DNA of 64,000 nucleotides from Candidatus Harrisonbacteria bacterium (lineage in GTDB: Bacteria; Patescibacteriota; Minisyncoccia; UBA6257; WO2-44-18). The translations under genes were made by a program, and so were the position numbers. The DNA is taken from the NCBI GenBank assembly GCA_016182295.1, contig JACOXP010000005.1, positions 4,926 to 68,925 of the forward strand, written 5' to 3'. The notes beneath the pieces were generated by a model. It searched no databases and was not told the origin of the DNA. It saw nothing but the letters and a program-made list of their open reading frames with translations. Shown piece after piece: positions 8,499 to 17,836 of this stretch (the stretch's first letter is position 1; each line of letters begins with the position of its first letter).

Positions 8499-8532
8499 CA
8501 AAAACCCGCCCTCTTTTGGAGGGCGGGTTTTT
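8499..8532 (-). terminator. Terminator downstream of rnpB
   Basis: AAAAACCCGCCCTC / GAGGGCGGGTTTTT inverted repeat. Confidence 0.8.
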
Positions 8533-8535
8533 GAC

Positions 8536-8564
8536 GCCCTCCGTCGCATTAAGCGGCGGAGGGC
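8536..8564. repeat. GC-rich hairpin element between rnpB and its terminator
   Basis: GCCCTCCGTCGC-ATTAA-GCGGCGGAGGGC, a 12-bp stem with one G-T pair. Confidence 0.6.
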
Positions 8565-8565
8565 A

Positions 8566-8910
8566 AAGCCGGTAGTTCGTAAGCCGGATTCTGTAACCCA
8601 GATTGAACATCGGGGCGACAACCATTTATCTAAGCGGCACACCGGATTTACGGTTCGGCCTTGCACCCGGTAAGGATTTAGCCGTTTCACCTCCGCCTTT
8701 TATCCCCATAGCGGAGTTGGACCTTCTACGTTGGGATCGGGTCCGCCTGATCCTTTCGAATCAAGCCGTCACTGTTCGCACCTCTACATTACTGTCGGCA
8801 GCCACTACAGCTGCTACCGCGCTGCTACCCACGCCAATGGCGGGGCAGGGGTGTCCGGACTTTCCTCCCTTCGAATTTAATCGAAAAGCGATTGTCTGAA
8901 CTACCGGCTT
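8566..8910 (-). ncRNA. rnpB: RNase P RNA
   Basis: The minus strand has GAGGAAAGTCCGG near the 5' end and ACAGAATCCGGCTTA near the 3' end; termini AAGCCGGTAGTTC/GAACTACCGGCTT form P1. Confidence 0.95.
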
Positions 8911-8920
8911 GTTTACTGTA

Positions 8921-9355
8921 TCACAAATTAGCTTTTTTATCAAGTGCCTGATTTACCAACTTGTCAGCTTCCTTATTTTTCTCTCGCGGAATATGTTTAA
9001 ATTCCACGTTTTTAAAATCCAACTTTAAATTCCAGATCTCCAACCAAAGCGGCTGAAGACCCTCGTCTTCAATTTTGTAGACACCAGTCAATTGCCGCAT
9101 TAAAAGTTCGCTATCCATATAACAGACAACTTCGGTTTGTTTGGCTTTTGCTTTACCGATTAACGCCTTTGCTTTTTTTAAGGCGAAAGCCAATGCTTTA
9201 TACTCGGCGACATTATTGGTTGTTTCGCCGATATATTCGCCATATTTTTTACCGCCAACCACCGCGCCGATAGCCGCCGGTCCGGGATTTCCCCGCGCTC
9301 CCCCGTCCGTATAAATTTCCAATTTTTTATTATCGTTGCCAAAAAGTGTTTTCAT
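8921..9355 (-). CDS. rnhA: Ribonuclease HI family protein
   Basis: YTDGGARGNPGPA, TNNVAEYKAL, DSEL and PREKNKEADKL motifs. Confidence 0.95.
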   Translation of the reverse strand: MKTLFGNDNKKLEIYTDGGARGNPGPAAIGAVVGGKKYGEYIGETTNNVAEYKALAFALKKAKALIGKAKAKQTEVVCYMDSELLMRQLTGVYKIEDEGLQPLWLEIWNLKLDFKNVEFKHIPREKNKEADKLVNQALDKKANL

Positions 9356-9373
9356 TTTATATACACAAGTAGA

Positions 9374-10228
9374 TTAGTTTTTGATTATTTTCCACGGTTT
9401 TGGTTTATTAATAGGAAAAGAAAAGCCCGCTGCCGGTTTATGTCCTCCCCCGCCATAGCGGGCGGCAATTTTGGAAACATCAACTTTGCCGTTAGAGCGT
9501 AGAGAAATCCTAAGCGCGCCGGATTTCTCGCTCCAAACAAGAGCTATTGGAGGTTTTTTCTTGACTAATTCGGCTCCAACCTCCGAATGAAGAACCGGTG
9601 AGTTAACCGCTAATATTTTGCGGCCAGCGAATTTTACCGTTTCCGCGCCCTTCAAAAGCCGTTCGATCATCTCCTTTTCATATCTGAGCAATAAACCACC
9701 CTTCTCAAAATAACTTCGGCGGCGTTTTGAATTTTCCAAATCTCGCGCAATCTTATCAAAATTTTTGAAGTTTAAATCGATCATTTGCACGTAGGCAGTC
9801 AACTCTTTAGTTCCGGGAACTTTAAATTTCCAAAGATCTAAATCCTGGATGTGCCGAGTTAAGCGGGGCACTTTTTTATTCGGATGAAAATATTGCCAAG
9901 CGATCATAGCTCCGGATTTATTTAATTCATAGACGTATTCATGAGCCATCTTCGTTGATTTTTTGGCGGAAACATGATGATCCAGAGCTATCACTTTTTT
10001 ATTTTCCCGGACAATTTTTTGCATCAACGGTTCTTTAAAAGAAAAATCAACGACATATATTTCTTTGCCCTTAAGGCCGGACGGTAAAGAATCCCCGTGC
10101 TTTAATCCGTAGTAATCGGCTTTGTTGCCGAATTTTTTCCAAGCTGCCCAGCCACCCCCCGTCCCGTCCATGCACTCACCGTGATATAAAATAACTATTT
10201 TTTTAGACATGTTTTTTAAGTATTTCAA
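9374..10228 (-). CDS. DHH/DHHA1 phosphoesterase (NrnB-like nanoRNase)
   Basis: YHGECMDG, VDFS, LDHH, SLRS and YGGGGHKPAAGF motifs; the true start is probably MSKK at 10210. Confidence 0.9.
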   Translation of the reverse strand: MKYLKNMSKKIVILYHGECMDGTGGGWAAWKKFGNKADYYGLKHGDSLPSGLKGKEIYVVDFSFKEPLMQKIVRENKKVIALDHHVSAKKSTKMAHEYVYELNKSGAMIAWQYFHPNKKVPRLTRHIQDLDLWKFKVPGTKELTAYVQMIDLNFKNFDKIARDLENSKRRRSYFEKGGLLLRYEKEMIERLLKGAETVKFAGRKILAVNSPVLHSEVGAELVKKKPPIALVWSEKSGALRISLRSNGKVDVSKIAARYGGGGHKPAAGFSFPINKPKPWKIIKN

Positions 10229-11177
10229 CGCCGGGCAATTTTTTACCGGCCAGCATTTCCAGCATCGCGCCTCCTCCGGTTGATAGAAAATCGATTTTCT
10301 TTTCGAGACCGAGGTGTTTAATCAATTGCGTCGTTTCTCCTCCACCGGCCACTGAAAATGCTTTACTGGCGGCAATGATATGCGCGAGAGCGATTGAGCC
10401 GGCGGCATATTTAGGATTTTCAAAATTTCCAATCGGACCGTTCCAAATCACGGTTTTCGCTCTCCGAATAACTTCTTTATACTCTATTATCGTCAATGGG
10501 CCAACGTCATAGGCCCACTTTTTCTCCCCGACCCAATCAATTGGCCGAACTAATTTTGATGATTTTGGAATTTTAGAATTGTTTAAAATACTGCTTCCAA
10601 GAAGAACTTTATTGGTTTTTGGCAGCAGATATTTGATTACGGGCAATTTATCCTCAATTTTACTACCGCCGAAAATCAGCACTAAGGGACGTTTCGGCTT
10701 TTTCATAACTTTAGAAAGCACCCCAATTTCTTTTTTTAAAAGCAAGCCCATTGAAGAAGGAAGCAGTGTGGGAAGCTGGGTAATGGAGGCATTTTTTCTG
10801 TGCGAGACCGCGAAGGCGTCATTTATATACCGGTCGCCAAGACGAGCTAATTTTTTGGCAAATTGCAGATCGTTCTTTTCTTCGCCCGGCCAAAATCTCA
10901 AATTTTCCAAGAGAAAAATCCGGCCGGCCGGCAACTTTTCAGGAATTTTTTTAAGAAAAACAACCTTTTGCCGAAGATGGTGCCGGAGAAACGGCAAAAA
11001 TTCTTTCAGACTCAATTTAGAGTTATTTTTCCCGTCAGGACGCCCGCGGTGGCTTAAAATTACTACTTTTGCCCCCCCTTTGCGCAATAATTGTTCAATA
11101 GTCGGTAAAGAGGCTTCCAAACGGAGCGCGTCTTTAGCGCTTTCAACATTAAAATCAACTCTCACGAGATAAGTCAT
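10203..11177 (-). CDS. pgk: Phosphoglycerate kinase (compact)
   Basis: VRVDFNV, SHRGRP, LLENLRF, NDAFAVSHR, WNGP and STGGGAMLEMLAGKKLPG motifs. Confidence 0.95.
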   Translation of the reverse strand: MTYLVRVDFNVESAKDALRLEASLPTIEQLLRKGGAKVVILSHRGRPDGKNNSKLSLKEFLPFLRHHLRQKVVFLKKIPEKLPAGRIFLLENLRFWPGEEKNDLQFAKKLARLGDRYINDAFAVSHRKNASITQLPTLLPSSMGLLLKKEIGVLSKVMKKPKRPLVLIFGGSKIEDKLPVIKYLLPKTNKVLLGSSILNNSKIPKSSKLVRPIDWVGEKKWAYDVGPLTIIEYKEVIRRAKTVIWNGPIGNFENPKYAAGSIALAHIIAASKAFSVAGGGETTQLIKHLGLEKKIDFLSTGGGAMLEMLAGKKLPGVEILKKHV

Positions 11178-11212
11178 TTCAATAATTATAGCATTTAGTT
11201 AAAATTAGGATA

Positions 11213-12475
11213 ATGCCGGAAAAACAACATATTGTGATTTTGGGAGCCGGGTTCGGGGGTTTAAGGGCCGCTCTTTCTCTTTCTAAAAAAATCCGCAAAG
11301 GTAAACTCAACGCGGAAATTTCCTTAATAGATCGCAATGCTTACCATACTTACACCCCCACTTTATATGAAGCGGCAACCACCTCGAAAGAAACCGCTAA
11401 TTATCTACAAATTAAAGAAATTGTAACTTTTCCAATCGAGGAAATTATCAAAAAAACGGGAATTAATTTTATCGAAGACGAAGTGGAGAAACTTGATCTG
11501 GTCGGCGGCGACATTCATTGCGCCGGAGGCCGCAAATTAAATTTTGATTATTTAGTCCTCGCCTTAGGTTCGGAGCCGCATCATTTTGGAATCCAAGGTT
11601 TGCGGGAACACGCCTTGAATCTAAAAACTTTTTTAGACGCTATCAAAATTCGGGATCGAATTTGGGAATTGGCCGAGAGCGGTCAGCAAACTTTTCGGAT
11701 TATCGTCGGAGGCGGCGGTTCCACCGGGGTGGAACTTGCCGGAGAAATTCAGGGCTGGCTTTGCGAATTAAAAGAAGAATTCCATGAATGCGCGACTAAA
11801 GTTACGATCGTTGAGGCGGCGCCGACGATTCTTGCCGGATTTCCGGAAAAAATTGTTGAAGCGGCCCGCAAAAGAATCGGTGATTTAGGAGTGGAAGTTT
11901 TAGTCAGCGAAGCTATCGCCAAAGCCGACGCCGAAAAAATTACGCTCCAAAGCGGCAGAGAAATGCGTTATGACATTCTTGTTTGGACCGGTGGTGTTAA
12001 GGCCTCAAGTTTAATGGGCTCTCTGCCTTTGAAAATGGAAAAACGAGGACGCGTTGAGGTAGTTAGCGCAATGGAATGCTTGCCGCAAAGTCCCGACCTG
12101 AAACTTTATGGGAAAATTTACGGAATTGGCGACGCTGTTTGTTTTTATGATCCGGCAAGCGGCAAACCAATTCCCGGAGTCGCCAGAGCGGCCATTTCCC
12201 AGGCCGATATTGTAGTTAATAATATCGTCAACGATCTTAAAGGCGGCAAAAAGCATAGGCAATATAAACCGTTTGCTTACCCCTACATAATTCCGATTGG
12301 GGGGAAATGGGCAATAGCCAAAATAGGACCCCTGATTATTTCCGGATTTTTGGGCTGGATTTTAAAAGGACTGGTTGAAATCAATTATCTTTTATCAATT
12401 ATGCCGCTTGGTAAAGCGCTGCGAATATGGCTTAAGGGTCTTAGAATTTTTATTCAAAACGATCGTTTGGGTTAA
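11213..12475 (+). CDS. ndh: Type II NADH dehydrogenase-like FAD oxidoreductase
   Basis: GAGFGG and GGGSTGVELAGE Rossmann motifs, WTGGV and IGD. Confidence 0.88.
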   Translation: MPEKQHIVILGAGFGGLRAALSLSKKIRKGKLNAEISLIDRNAYHTYTPTLYEAATTSKETANYLQIKEIVTFPIEEIIKKTGINFIEDEVEKLDLVGGDIHCAGGRKLNFDYLVLALGSEPHHFGIQGLREHALNLKTFLDAIKIRDRIWELAESGQQTFRIIVGGGGSTGVELAGEIQGWLCELKEEFHECATKVTIVEAAPTILAGFPEKIVEAARKRIGDLGVEVLVSEAIAKADAEKITLQSGREMRYDILVWTGGVKASSLMGSLPLKMEKRGRVEVVSAMECLPQSPDLKLYGKIYGIGDAVCFYDPASGKPIPGVARAAISQADIVVNNIVNDLKGGKKHRQYKPFAYPYIIPIGGKWAIAKIGPLIISGFLGWILKGLVEINYLLSIMPLGKALRIWLKGLRIFIQNDRLG

Positions 12476-12588
12476 TTTTGTTCGATAATAATCGGCGATT
12501 TTTTTACTTCGCCTCGGATTAAATAACCTAGTCCAAAGGCAAGCGTCGTAATAAGCGTGATCAAAATAATTGACTTTAAATTATTCAT
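12472..12588 (-). CDS. Small single-TM protein, 38 aa (MNNLKSIILITLITTLAFGLGYLIRGEVKKSPIIIEQN), not in the ORF track
   Basis: Manual translation. It fills the ndh-rpmA gap exactly, is divergent from rpmA and has a clear TM helix. Confidence 0.65.
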   Translation of the reverse strand: MNNLKSIILITLITTLAFGLGYLIRGEVKKSPIIIEQN

Positions 12589-12611
12589 AGCGTAATATAT
12601 AACACAATACT

Positions 12612-12884
12612 ATGGCGCATACAAAAAGCGGCGGGTCTACAGACCTGGGCCGCGATTCAAGATCAAAACGACTTGGCATTAAGATTAACGACGGAGAAGC
12701 CGCTAAAACCGGCGAAATTATTATCCGCCAAAGAGGTACTCATTATATTCCGGGTCAAAATGTCGCCCGCGCCGGCGATGACACGCTTTACGCGATGAAG
12801 TCCGGCGTTGTTAAATTTGTTTCCGGAAAAAAGGCCCGTTTTGACGGATCTCGGCGTTTTATAAAGATCGTAAAAGTACTTTAG
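12612..12884 (+). CDS. rpmA: 50S ribosomal protein L27
   Basis: [22 protein letters not shown]...IIIRQRGT...DDTLYA. Confidence 0.97.
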   Translation: MAHTKSGGSTDLGRDSRSKRLGIKINDGEAAKTGEIIIRQRGTHYIPGQNVARAGDDTLYAMKSGVVKFVSGKKARFDGSRRFIKIVKVL

Positions 12885-13284
12885 CTTTTCCCCTTATCCC
12901 CCTTCCGAATTTTACGGCGATTACGTGTTCTCCCAAAGAACGAAGCGGATGTTTGAGATCCGCTTCCGCGTTTTCATAGCCCCTTTCCGCGAGGGCTTTT
13001 TCGATTTCTCCGGCGCCGACTGATCCGAAAACCTCGCCTTTTTTGCCGGTTTTGACGAAAAATTCGAAGACCTCGATTTTTAAAGCGTCAACGCGGTTTT
13101 TATAACTATCAAAGGTTTCCGCTTCCTTTTTATCAAAATTTTCTTTGATCGCCAATGCTTTTTGATCTGCCGGGATCGCTTTTTTTCCGGGAAATAAAAA
13201 ATTCCTGGCGTAACCGTCGCTCACGTTTTTTATTTCCATTTTTCTTCCCAAACCGCGAACGTCTTGAAGAAGAAGCACCCGCAT
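12859..13284 (-). CDS. rplI: 50S ribosomal protein L9
   Basis: [14 protein letters not shown]...[12 protein letters not shown] and GEVFGSV. Confidence 0.97.
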   Translation of the reverse strand: MRVLLLQDVRGLGRKMEIKNVSDGYARNFLFPGKKAIPADQKALAIKENFDKKEAETFDSYKNRVDALKIEVFEFFVKTGKKGEVFGSVGAGEIEKALAERGYENAEADLKHPLRSLGEHVIAVKFGRGIRGKAKVLLRSL

Positions 13285-14516
13285 TATTGATTTGAAGCCA
13301 CGACTTCTTCTTTTAATACCTCGAAAGCTTTAGAAAGTTGGGTATCGTTGCCGGCCGTAATATCTTCTTCGGTTAATTTAATTTCAAAATCAGGAGTAAG
13401 GCCATCTTTTTCAATTTCGTGGCCAGCGGGAGTAACCCACTTGGCAATGGTTATTTTCAAACTGGAATTATCTTTCAGTTTTTCCAGAGTTTGTACCGTG
13501 CCTTTTCCGAAGGTTTGTTCACCGATAAGTTTAATGCCGCGGACATCCCTCAAAGCGCCGGCCAAAATTTCTGAAGCGGAAGCCGATCCCCCGTTAACTA
13601 AAATCACAGTTGGAAAGTCCTTTAGAGCGGCGTTGCCGCGGGCGTAAAAATCTGTTTTCGGCCGGTCTCGGAAAACCTCGCTGACCACCAAACTTTCTTT
13701 AGGCAAGAACAGACCGGCCAGGTCAACGGCGATTTCCAGAAAGCCGCCGGGATTATTGCGCAGATCTAGCACTATGCCGTCAACTCCTTTGGCCAACCCC
13801 TCCACCAACGCTTTTTGAAATTGAGAAGGGGCATTCTCGTTAAATGAATAAAGCCTAATATGGAGAAGATTGTCTTTAATATCCCAATCAGCGGTTGGTA
13901 CACGAATTTCATCGCGAATAATAGTAATGTCTTTAGTGGTTTCCCAACCGACCCGCAGAATAGTTAAAGTCACCGCCGTGCCGATCTCTCCACGAATTTT
14001 TTTAACAGCCTCGTTAATGTCCAGACCGTCCGTTGATTCATCGTCCACTTTTAGAATGAAATCTTTCGGCAATAAACCGGCTTTTTCCGCCGGGGATTCT
14101 TTAAGCGGAGCAATAACCATTAATTGATCGTCGCGAATTCCGATTTCCGCTCCGATGCCACCAAAGCGGCCAGTTACGTCTTCCTCGAATTTTTTGGCGT
14201 CAGGCGGAGGAAAAAATACCGTGTGCGGATCGTTAAAAGAATCAGCCAGACCGGCGACGGCGCCGTAAACCAAATTCTGCTCGGTTATTTCATCGCCGTT
14301 AATGTGCTGGCTGATTAGCTTTTCCCAGGCCTGCCAAAAAACTCCAAAATCGGCCCGAATATCCGGATCATCGAGATTTGTAATACCCTTGACGGTAATC
14401 ACTTTTGGGTCCTGTTGACCAAAGCGAAAACCAACGTAAAACGACCCGCCAGTCGCTAAAACCGCGACTACTATTCCAATTACAAGAATCTTCACAAAAC
14501 CTAATTTATTCATCAA
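13284..14516 (-). CDS. ctpA: C-terminal processing peptidase (S41, PDZ)
   Basis: [11 protein letters not shown] domain, [21 protein letters not shown] and TFGKGTVQ. Confidence 0.95.
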   Translation of the reverse strand: MMNKLGFVKILVIGIVVAVLATGGSFYVGFRFGQQDPKVITVKGITNLDDPDIRADFGVFWQAWEKLISQHINGDEITEQNLVYGAVAGLADSFNDPHTVFFPPPDAKKFEEDVTGRFGGIGAEIGIRDDQLMVIAPLKESPAEKAGLLPKDFILKVDDESTDGLDINEAVKKIRGEIGTAVTLTILRVGWETTKDITIIRDEIRVPTADWDIKDNLLHIRLYSFNENAPSQFQKALVEGLAKGVDGIVLDLRNNPGGFLEIAVDLAGLFLPKESLVVSEVFRDRPKTDFYARGNAALKDFPTVILVNGGSASASEILAGALRDVRGIKLIGEQTFGKGTVQTLEKLKDNSSLKITIAKWVTPAGHEIEKDGLTPDFEIKLTEEDITAGNDTQLSKAFEVLKEEVVASNQ

Positions 14517-14527
14517 GGTATATCTAT

Positions 14528-15091
14528 TTATTTAACAAAATCCGCGGAAGAAAGTAAAGAATATTCGGCGCCGGGACGCTGCAGCCTGGATTCCATAAGG
14601 TCTAATGATACTGCCCAGAAAGCTTTCTCAAATTTTCTTTCAATGGTCGGCAAACTGTCCAGCGATCCGGATTGAAAACGCGCCAGAGTTAAATGGGCGT
14701 TGAAACGGCGATATTCTTGTCGAAAATTAACCCCTTTTTTCTTTAAAATATTTTCCAAACTTAATTTTATTTTTCCTAACCGATCCGATGTTTCTGGATC
14801 GGAAGCCAGCCAAATCATTCTTGGGGATTTTCCCACCGGACCGTAGATGATTTTTTCAAAGCGAATTTCCGGCGCTTCCAGCTCAGATGTCACTTCTTCG
14901 ATCGCCTCGCTTATCATATTTACGTTGTTATCGTCTTGATAGGCTAAAAAAGAAATAGTCAGATGCCAATTATAAGGAGAAACAAAACGCACGCCGTATT
15001 CAAATAACGGTTTTAGCTCCTCGACTGATTTGATGAGAGCCGTTTTAATTTCTTTCGGTAGATTAATGGCCACAAAAACTCTTTTTCGCAT
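14528..15091 (-). CDS. thpR: RNA 2',3'-cyclic phosphodiesterase (2H family)
   Basis: RVFVAI N-terminus and two HxT motifs (WHLTISF, AHLTLAR). Confidence 0.92.
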   Translation of the reverse strand: MRKRVFVAINLPKEIKTALIKSVEELKPLFEYGVRFVSPYNWHLTISFLAYQDDNNVNMISEAIEEVTSELEAPEIRFEKIIYGPVGKSPRMIWLASDPETSDRLGKIKLSLENILKKKGVNFRQEYRRFNAHLTLARFQSGSLDSLPTIERKFEKAFWAVSLDLMESRLQRPGAEYSLLSSADFVK

Positions 15092-15109
15092 CGATGTTAT
15101 AATACTAAC

Positions 15110-15391
15110 ATGCGTTCAATTGGTGAAAATCGCGGGGAATATCTCGAAGAGCTTAAACGTCGTTCCGAAGAGGCCAGGGTTTCTAAATCATATCAACTAA
15201 TTGGTTTGGAGGTTGCCAAGCTTCTTGGGGACTGGAAACACAAAGCCCTTTATATTAAGCTTGCCAAACAGTACGGGGAGGGGCGTCTAATGGAGGTTGC
15301 CAAACGGGTGGCGGAGCGCGACGAAGTTAAAAACAAAGGCGCTTATTTTATGAAGGTCTTTCATGTCGAAAATAGTAACTACAGCAAATAA
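15110..15391 (+). CDS. Hypothetical protein
   Basis: 93 aa, helical and basic, ending NKGAYFMK; TATAAT 6 nt upstream; overlaps the def start. Confidence 0.75.
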   Translation: MRSIGENRGEYLEELKRRSEEARVSKSYQLIGLEVAKLLGDWKHKALYIKLAKQYGEGRLMEVAKRVAERDEVKNKGAYFMKVFHVENSNYSK

Positions 15392-15845
15392 AAAAGACGA
15401 AAAGTTTCTCAGGCGGCCAACCGCTTCTTTTGATTTTTCCAAGCATAAAAAATCCGAAATTCGGCAATTAATAAAAGACATGCGGACCACGATGCAAAAA
15501 GCTGACGGTATTGGTTTAAGCGCCAATCAGATCGGTTTAAACACAAAAATCTTCGTGGCAAAAGTTGAAAATAAATTCTACACTCTGTTTAATCCGGAAT
15601 TCATCCAAATTTCCAAAGAAACGTCGGATATAGATGAGGGTTGTCTCAGTATCCCGGGAGTTTTTGGCATGGTGGAAAGACCGGCGAAAGTCACCATTAA
15701 GGGTTTAGACGCGAACGGAAAGACGGTGAAAATCAAGGCCTGGGGCCTTCTAGCGCGGGTTTTTCAGCATGAAATGGATCACCTTAACGGGAGGTTATTT
15801 ATTGATAGAGCGAAAACTGTGCAGAAATTAGAATCTAGGAACTAA
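15363..15845 (+). CDS. def: Peptide deformylase
   Basis: GIGLSANQIG, EGCLS and QHEMDHLNG motifs. Confidence 0.97.
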   Translation: MSKIVTTANKKDEKFLRRPTASFDFSKHKKSEIRQLIKDMRTTMQKADGIGLSANQIGLNTKIFVAKVENKFYTLFNPEFIQISKETSDIDEGCLSIPGVFGMVERPAKVTIKGLDANGKTVKIKAWGLLARVFQHEMDHLNGRLFIDRAKTVQKLESRN

Positions 15846-15857
15846 TATCTAGAAGAC

Positions 15858-16682
15858 ATGAAATATGTATTTTTTGGTACGCCGGAATTTGCGGCGATAA
15901 TTCTTGAAAAATTAATTAAAGCCGGTATGCCGCCGGCAGTTGTTGTTTGTAATCCAGATCGTCCTGTTGGCAGGGAAAAGATACTCACCCCCCCGCCAGC
16001 CAAATTTTCCGCCGAAAAATATAATATACCAATTCTCCAACCAGAAGTTTTAGATTCTAGATTCCAGCTTCTAGATTCTAGCTTCGATTTCTTCGTGGTA
16101 GCGGCTTATGCCAAAATTCTGCCGAAAGAAATTATTGAACTTCCCCGTCTCGGGACAATGGGCGTTCATCCTTCGCTTCTTCCTAAATATCGAGGCGCAA
16201 CGCCGATTCAGAGCGCGATTCTGGCTGGTGAGAAAGAAACCGGCACGACGATCTTCTTACTTGACGAAAAAGTGGATCATGGACCTATGTTGGTCACTGG
16301 CCAATTGGATATAACCACTAGTGATAATTATGAAACTCTATTAAAAAAACTTGCGGAACTGAGCGGCGACTTACTTATTAAAACGCTGCCGCAATTTATT
16401 GCCGGAAAAATGAAACCGATTCCGCAAGATGAAACCAAAGCGACGTATACGAAGAAATTTACAACTGAAGACGCCAAAGTGGATTTAGAAAAAGATGATC
16501 CGGAAATGATTTTACGAAAAATTCGAGCGTTGAATCCGGAACCCGGAGTTTTTGCCCTGAGCCAGTCAAAGGGTGGACTAAAAAGAACCAAAATTTTAGA
16601 CGCGGATTTAAAAGACGGTAAAATCCATCCAACAAAAATCCAAATTGCTGGCAAAAAACCTACTTTAAACCGTATTCTTTGA
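15858..16682 (+). CDS. fmt: Methionyl-tRNA formyltransferase
   Basis: FFGTPEFA and VHPSLLPKYRGATPIQ; follows def. Confidence 0.96.
   Translation: MKYVFFGTPEFAAIILEKLIKAGMPPAVVVCNPDRPVGREKILTPPPAKFSAEKYNIPILQPEVLDSRFQLLDSSFDFFVVAAYAKILPKEIIELPRLGTMGVHPSLLPKYRGATPIQSAILAGEKETGTTIFLLDEKVDHGPMLVTGQLDITTSDNYETLLKKLAELSGDLLIKTLPQFIAGKMKPIPQDETKATYTKKFTTEDAKVDLEKDDPEMILRKIRALNPEPGVFALSQSKGGLKRTKILDADLKDGKIHPTKIQIAGKKPTLNRIL
16048..16082 (+). repeat. Heptamer tandem repeat (TTCTAGA-like, 5 units) inside fmt
   Basis: TTTTAGA TTCTAGA TTCCAGC TTCTAGA TTCTAGC. Related arrays at 15827-15854 (inverted) and 46905-46932. Confidence 0.7.
16552..16574 (+). repeat. 23-nt dispersed repeat inside fmt (reads ALSQSKG)
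   Basis: TTGCCCTGAGCCAGTCAAAGGGT, 19/23 identical to 43246-43268 in dnaK. Confidence 0.65.
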
Positions 16683-17253
16683 TGATTTTATTAGCGAAGT
16701 CCCAGTTGAGGTTTTTAAAAAAGGAATTGATGTAATCTTTGCGATTTACTCCGTAATCCATAAAATAAGCGTGCTCGTAAACATCAAGCACGACTAAAGG
16801 AATCGCTCCCCAAACGGCGCCAACATTATGAGCATCCGCGCCATAGTTATGGAGTTTTTTGTCTTTGTAATCGTAGGCAAGCACCCCCCAGCCGCGAGCG
16901 GCAATGCCGGTAGCGATCATGTCAACCTTCCAGACGTCTAAAGAACCGAAGTCCCGCTCAATCATTTTAACCAAGTCCCCTTTTGGCTTTCCATCGCCGC
17001 CGAGATGGCCAAAATAAACTTCGTGGAGCTTCATTCCATTGACGGCAAAAGTTTCCTGGCGTTTCAACTCGCCGATGTAGCTAAACACGCCGTTGGCTTC
17101 CGATTTGTCGGCGGTTTCGAGTTTTAATTGGATTTCGTTAGTCTTTTTAACGTAGCCCTCGTAAAGTTTTACGTGCTCCGCGAGCATTTTAGCGCTCATT
17201 CCATCGAGCCCTTTTTCAAAATTAAACTTTTCCGGAGCGAAATCCTTCCTCAT
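16660..17253 (-). CDS. sod: Fe/Mn superoxide dismutase
   Basis: EHVKLYEGYV, LHEVYF and LDVYEHAYFMDYG metal ligands. Confidence 0.93.
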   Translation of the reverse strand: MRKDFAPEKFNFEKGLDGMSAKMLAEHVKLYEGYVKKTNEIQLKLETADKSEANGVFSYIGELKRQETFAVNGMKLHEVYFGHLGGDGKPKGDLVKMIERDFGSLDVWKVDMIATGIAARGWGVLAYDYKDKKLHNYGADAHNVGAVWGAIPLVVLDVYEHAYFMDYGVNRKDYINSFFKNLNWDFANKIIKEYGLK

Positions 17254-17259
17254 TTACAT

Positions 17260-17727
17260 TTACTTGCTGGTATAAGTGAGAACTATTTGCTGGCCGTCTG
17301 ACAAAATTAGCTCTCCTATTTCCGAATAAGGAATGTCGTTGACCGTCAGGATTAAATTGTATCCTTCCTTCTCAATGGGGTTATTCCAAGCTGTAAAAAA
17401 GTCTTTCAAGCGAAAGATTTTGCCTGATTCAGTGGACTCAACATGAATTGTGCCGGTTGTATCATGAGTATGAATTTCCGCCATACAGCCGGTTACAACG
17501 CCAACATTGGAATGGATGGTTTCCTCAATGCCGTCCACTAAAACGGTTATATGCGGATGAAAGTGTTGACTGAGATTAGCGTGGCCGTTGAGACAGGCAA
17601 TGCCAGTGTCTTTTAAGCTTGCGAGATAGGGAGCGTTTGGATTATTAATTCGCGGCAAAAGGAAAAGCCCGCCAAGCACAACCGCCAGGCCGACAGCAAC
17701 TAAAACTTGAGTTCGTTTGCCAGACAT
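17260..17727 (-). CDS. Membrane-anchored His-rich hypothetical protein
   Basis: N-terminal TM helix; HFHPH and C-x-x-x-IHTHD...IHVE motifs suggest metal binding. Confidence 0.75.
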   Translation of the reverse strand: MSGKRTQVLVAVGLAVVLGGLFLLPRINNPNAPYLASLKDTGIACLNGHANLSQHFHPHITVLVDGIEETIHSNVGVVTGCMAEIHTHDTTGTIHVESTESGKIFRLKDFFTAWNNPIEKEGYNLILTVNDIPYSEIGELILSDGQQIVLTYTSK

Positions 17728-17765
17728 ATGATTTTTAGTATAATATATTCAGACAAAAACATCAA

Positions 17766-17836
17766 TCCGGGATCGTCTAATGGTAGGACGTCTCCCTTTG
17801 GAGGAGAAAATCGGGGTTCGAATCCCTGTCCCGGAA
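17766..17836 (+). tRNA. tRNA-Gln(TTG)
   Basis: TCCGGGA/TCCCGGA acceptor stem, TCTCC-CT-TTG-GA-GGAGA anticodon arm, GGTTCGAATCC T loop. Confidence 0.95.

Noticed and set aside
8493-8943. ORFs overlapping 8566-8910
   Set aside because: The region is RNase P RNA and its terminator.
10579-11172. 197-aa antisense ORF over pgk and similar antisense ORFs throughout the window
   Set aside because: They are reverse-frame shadows of well-supported genes.
12474-12570. Rod-like ncRNA (6S/SRP-like) between ndh and rpmA
   Set aside because: Pairing is weak, SRP motifs are absent, and a 38-aa minus-strand ORF explains the gap better.
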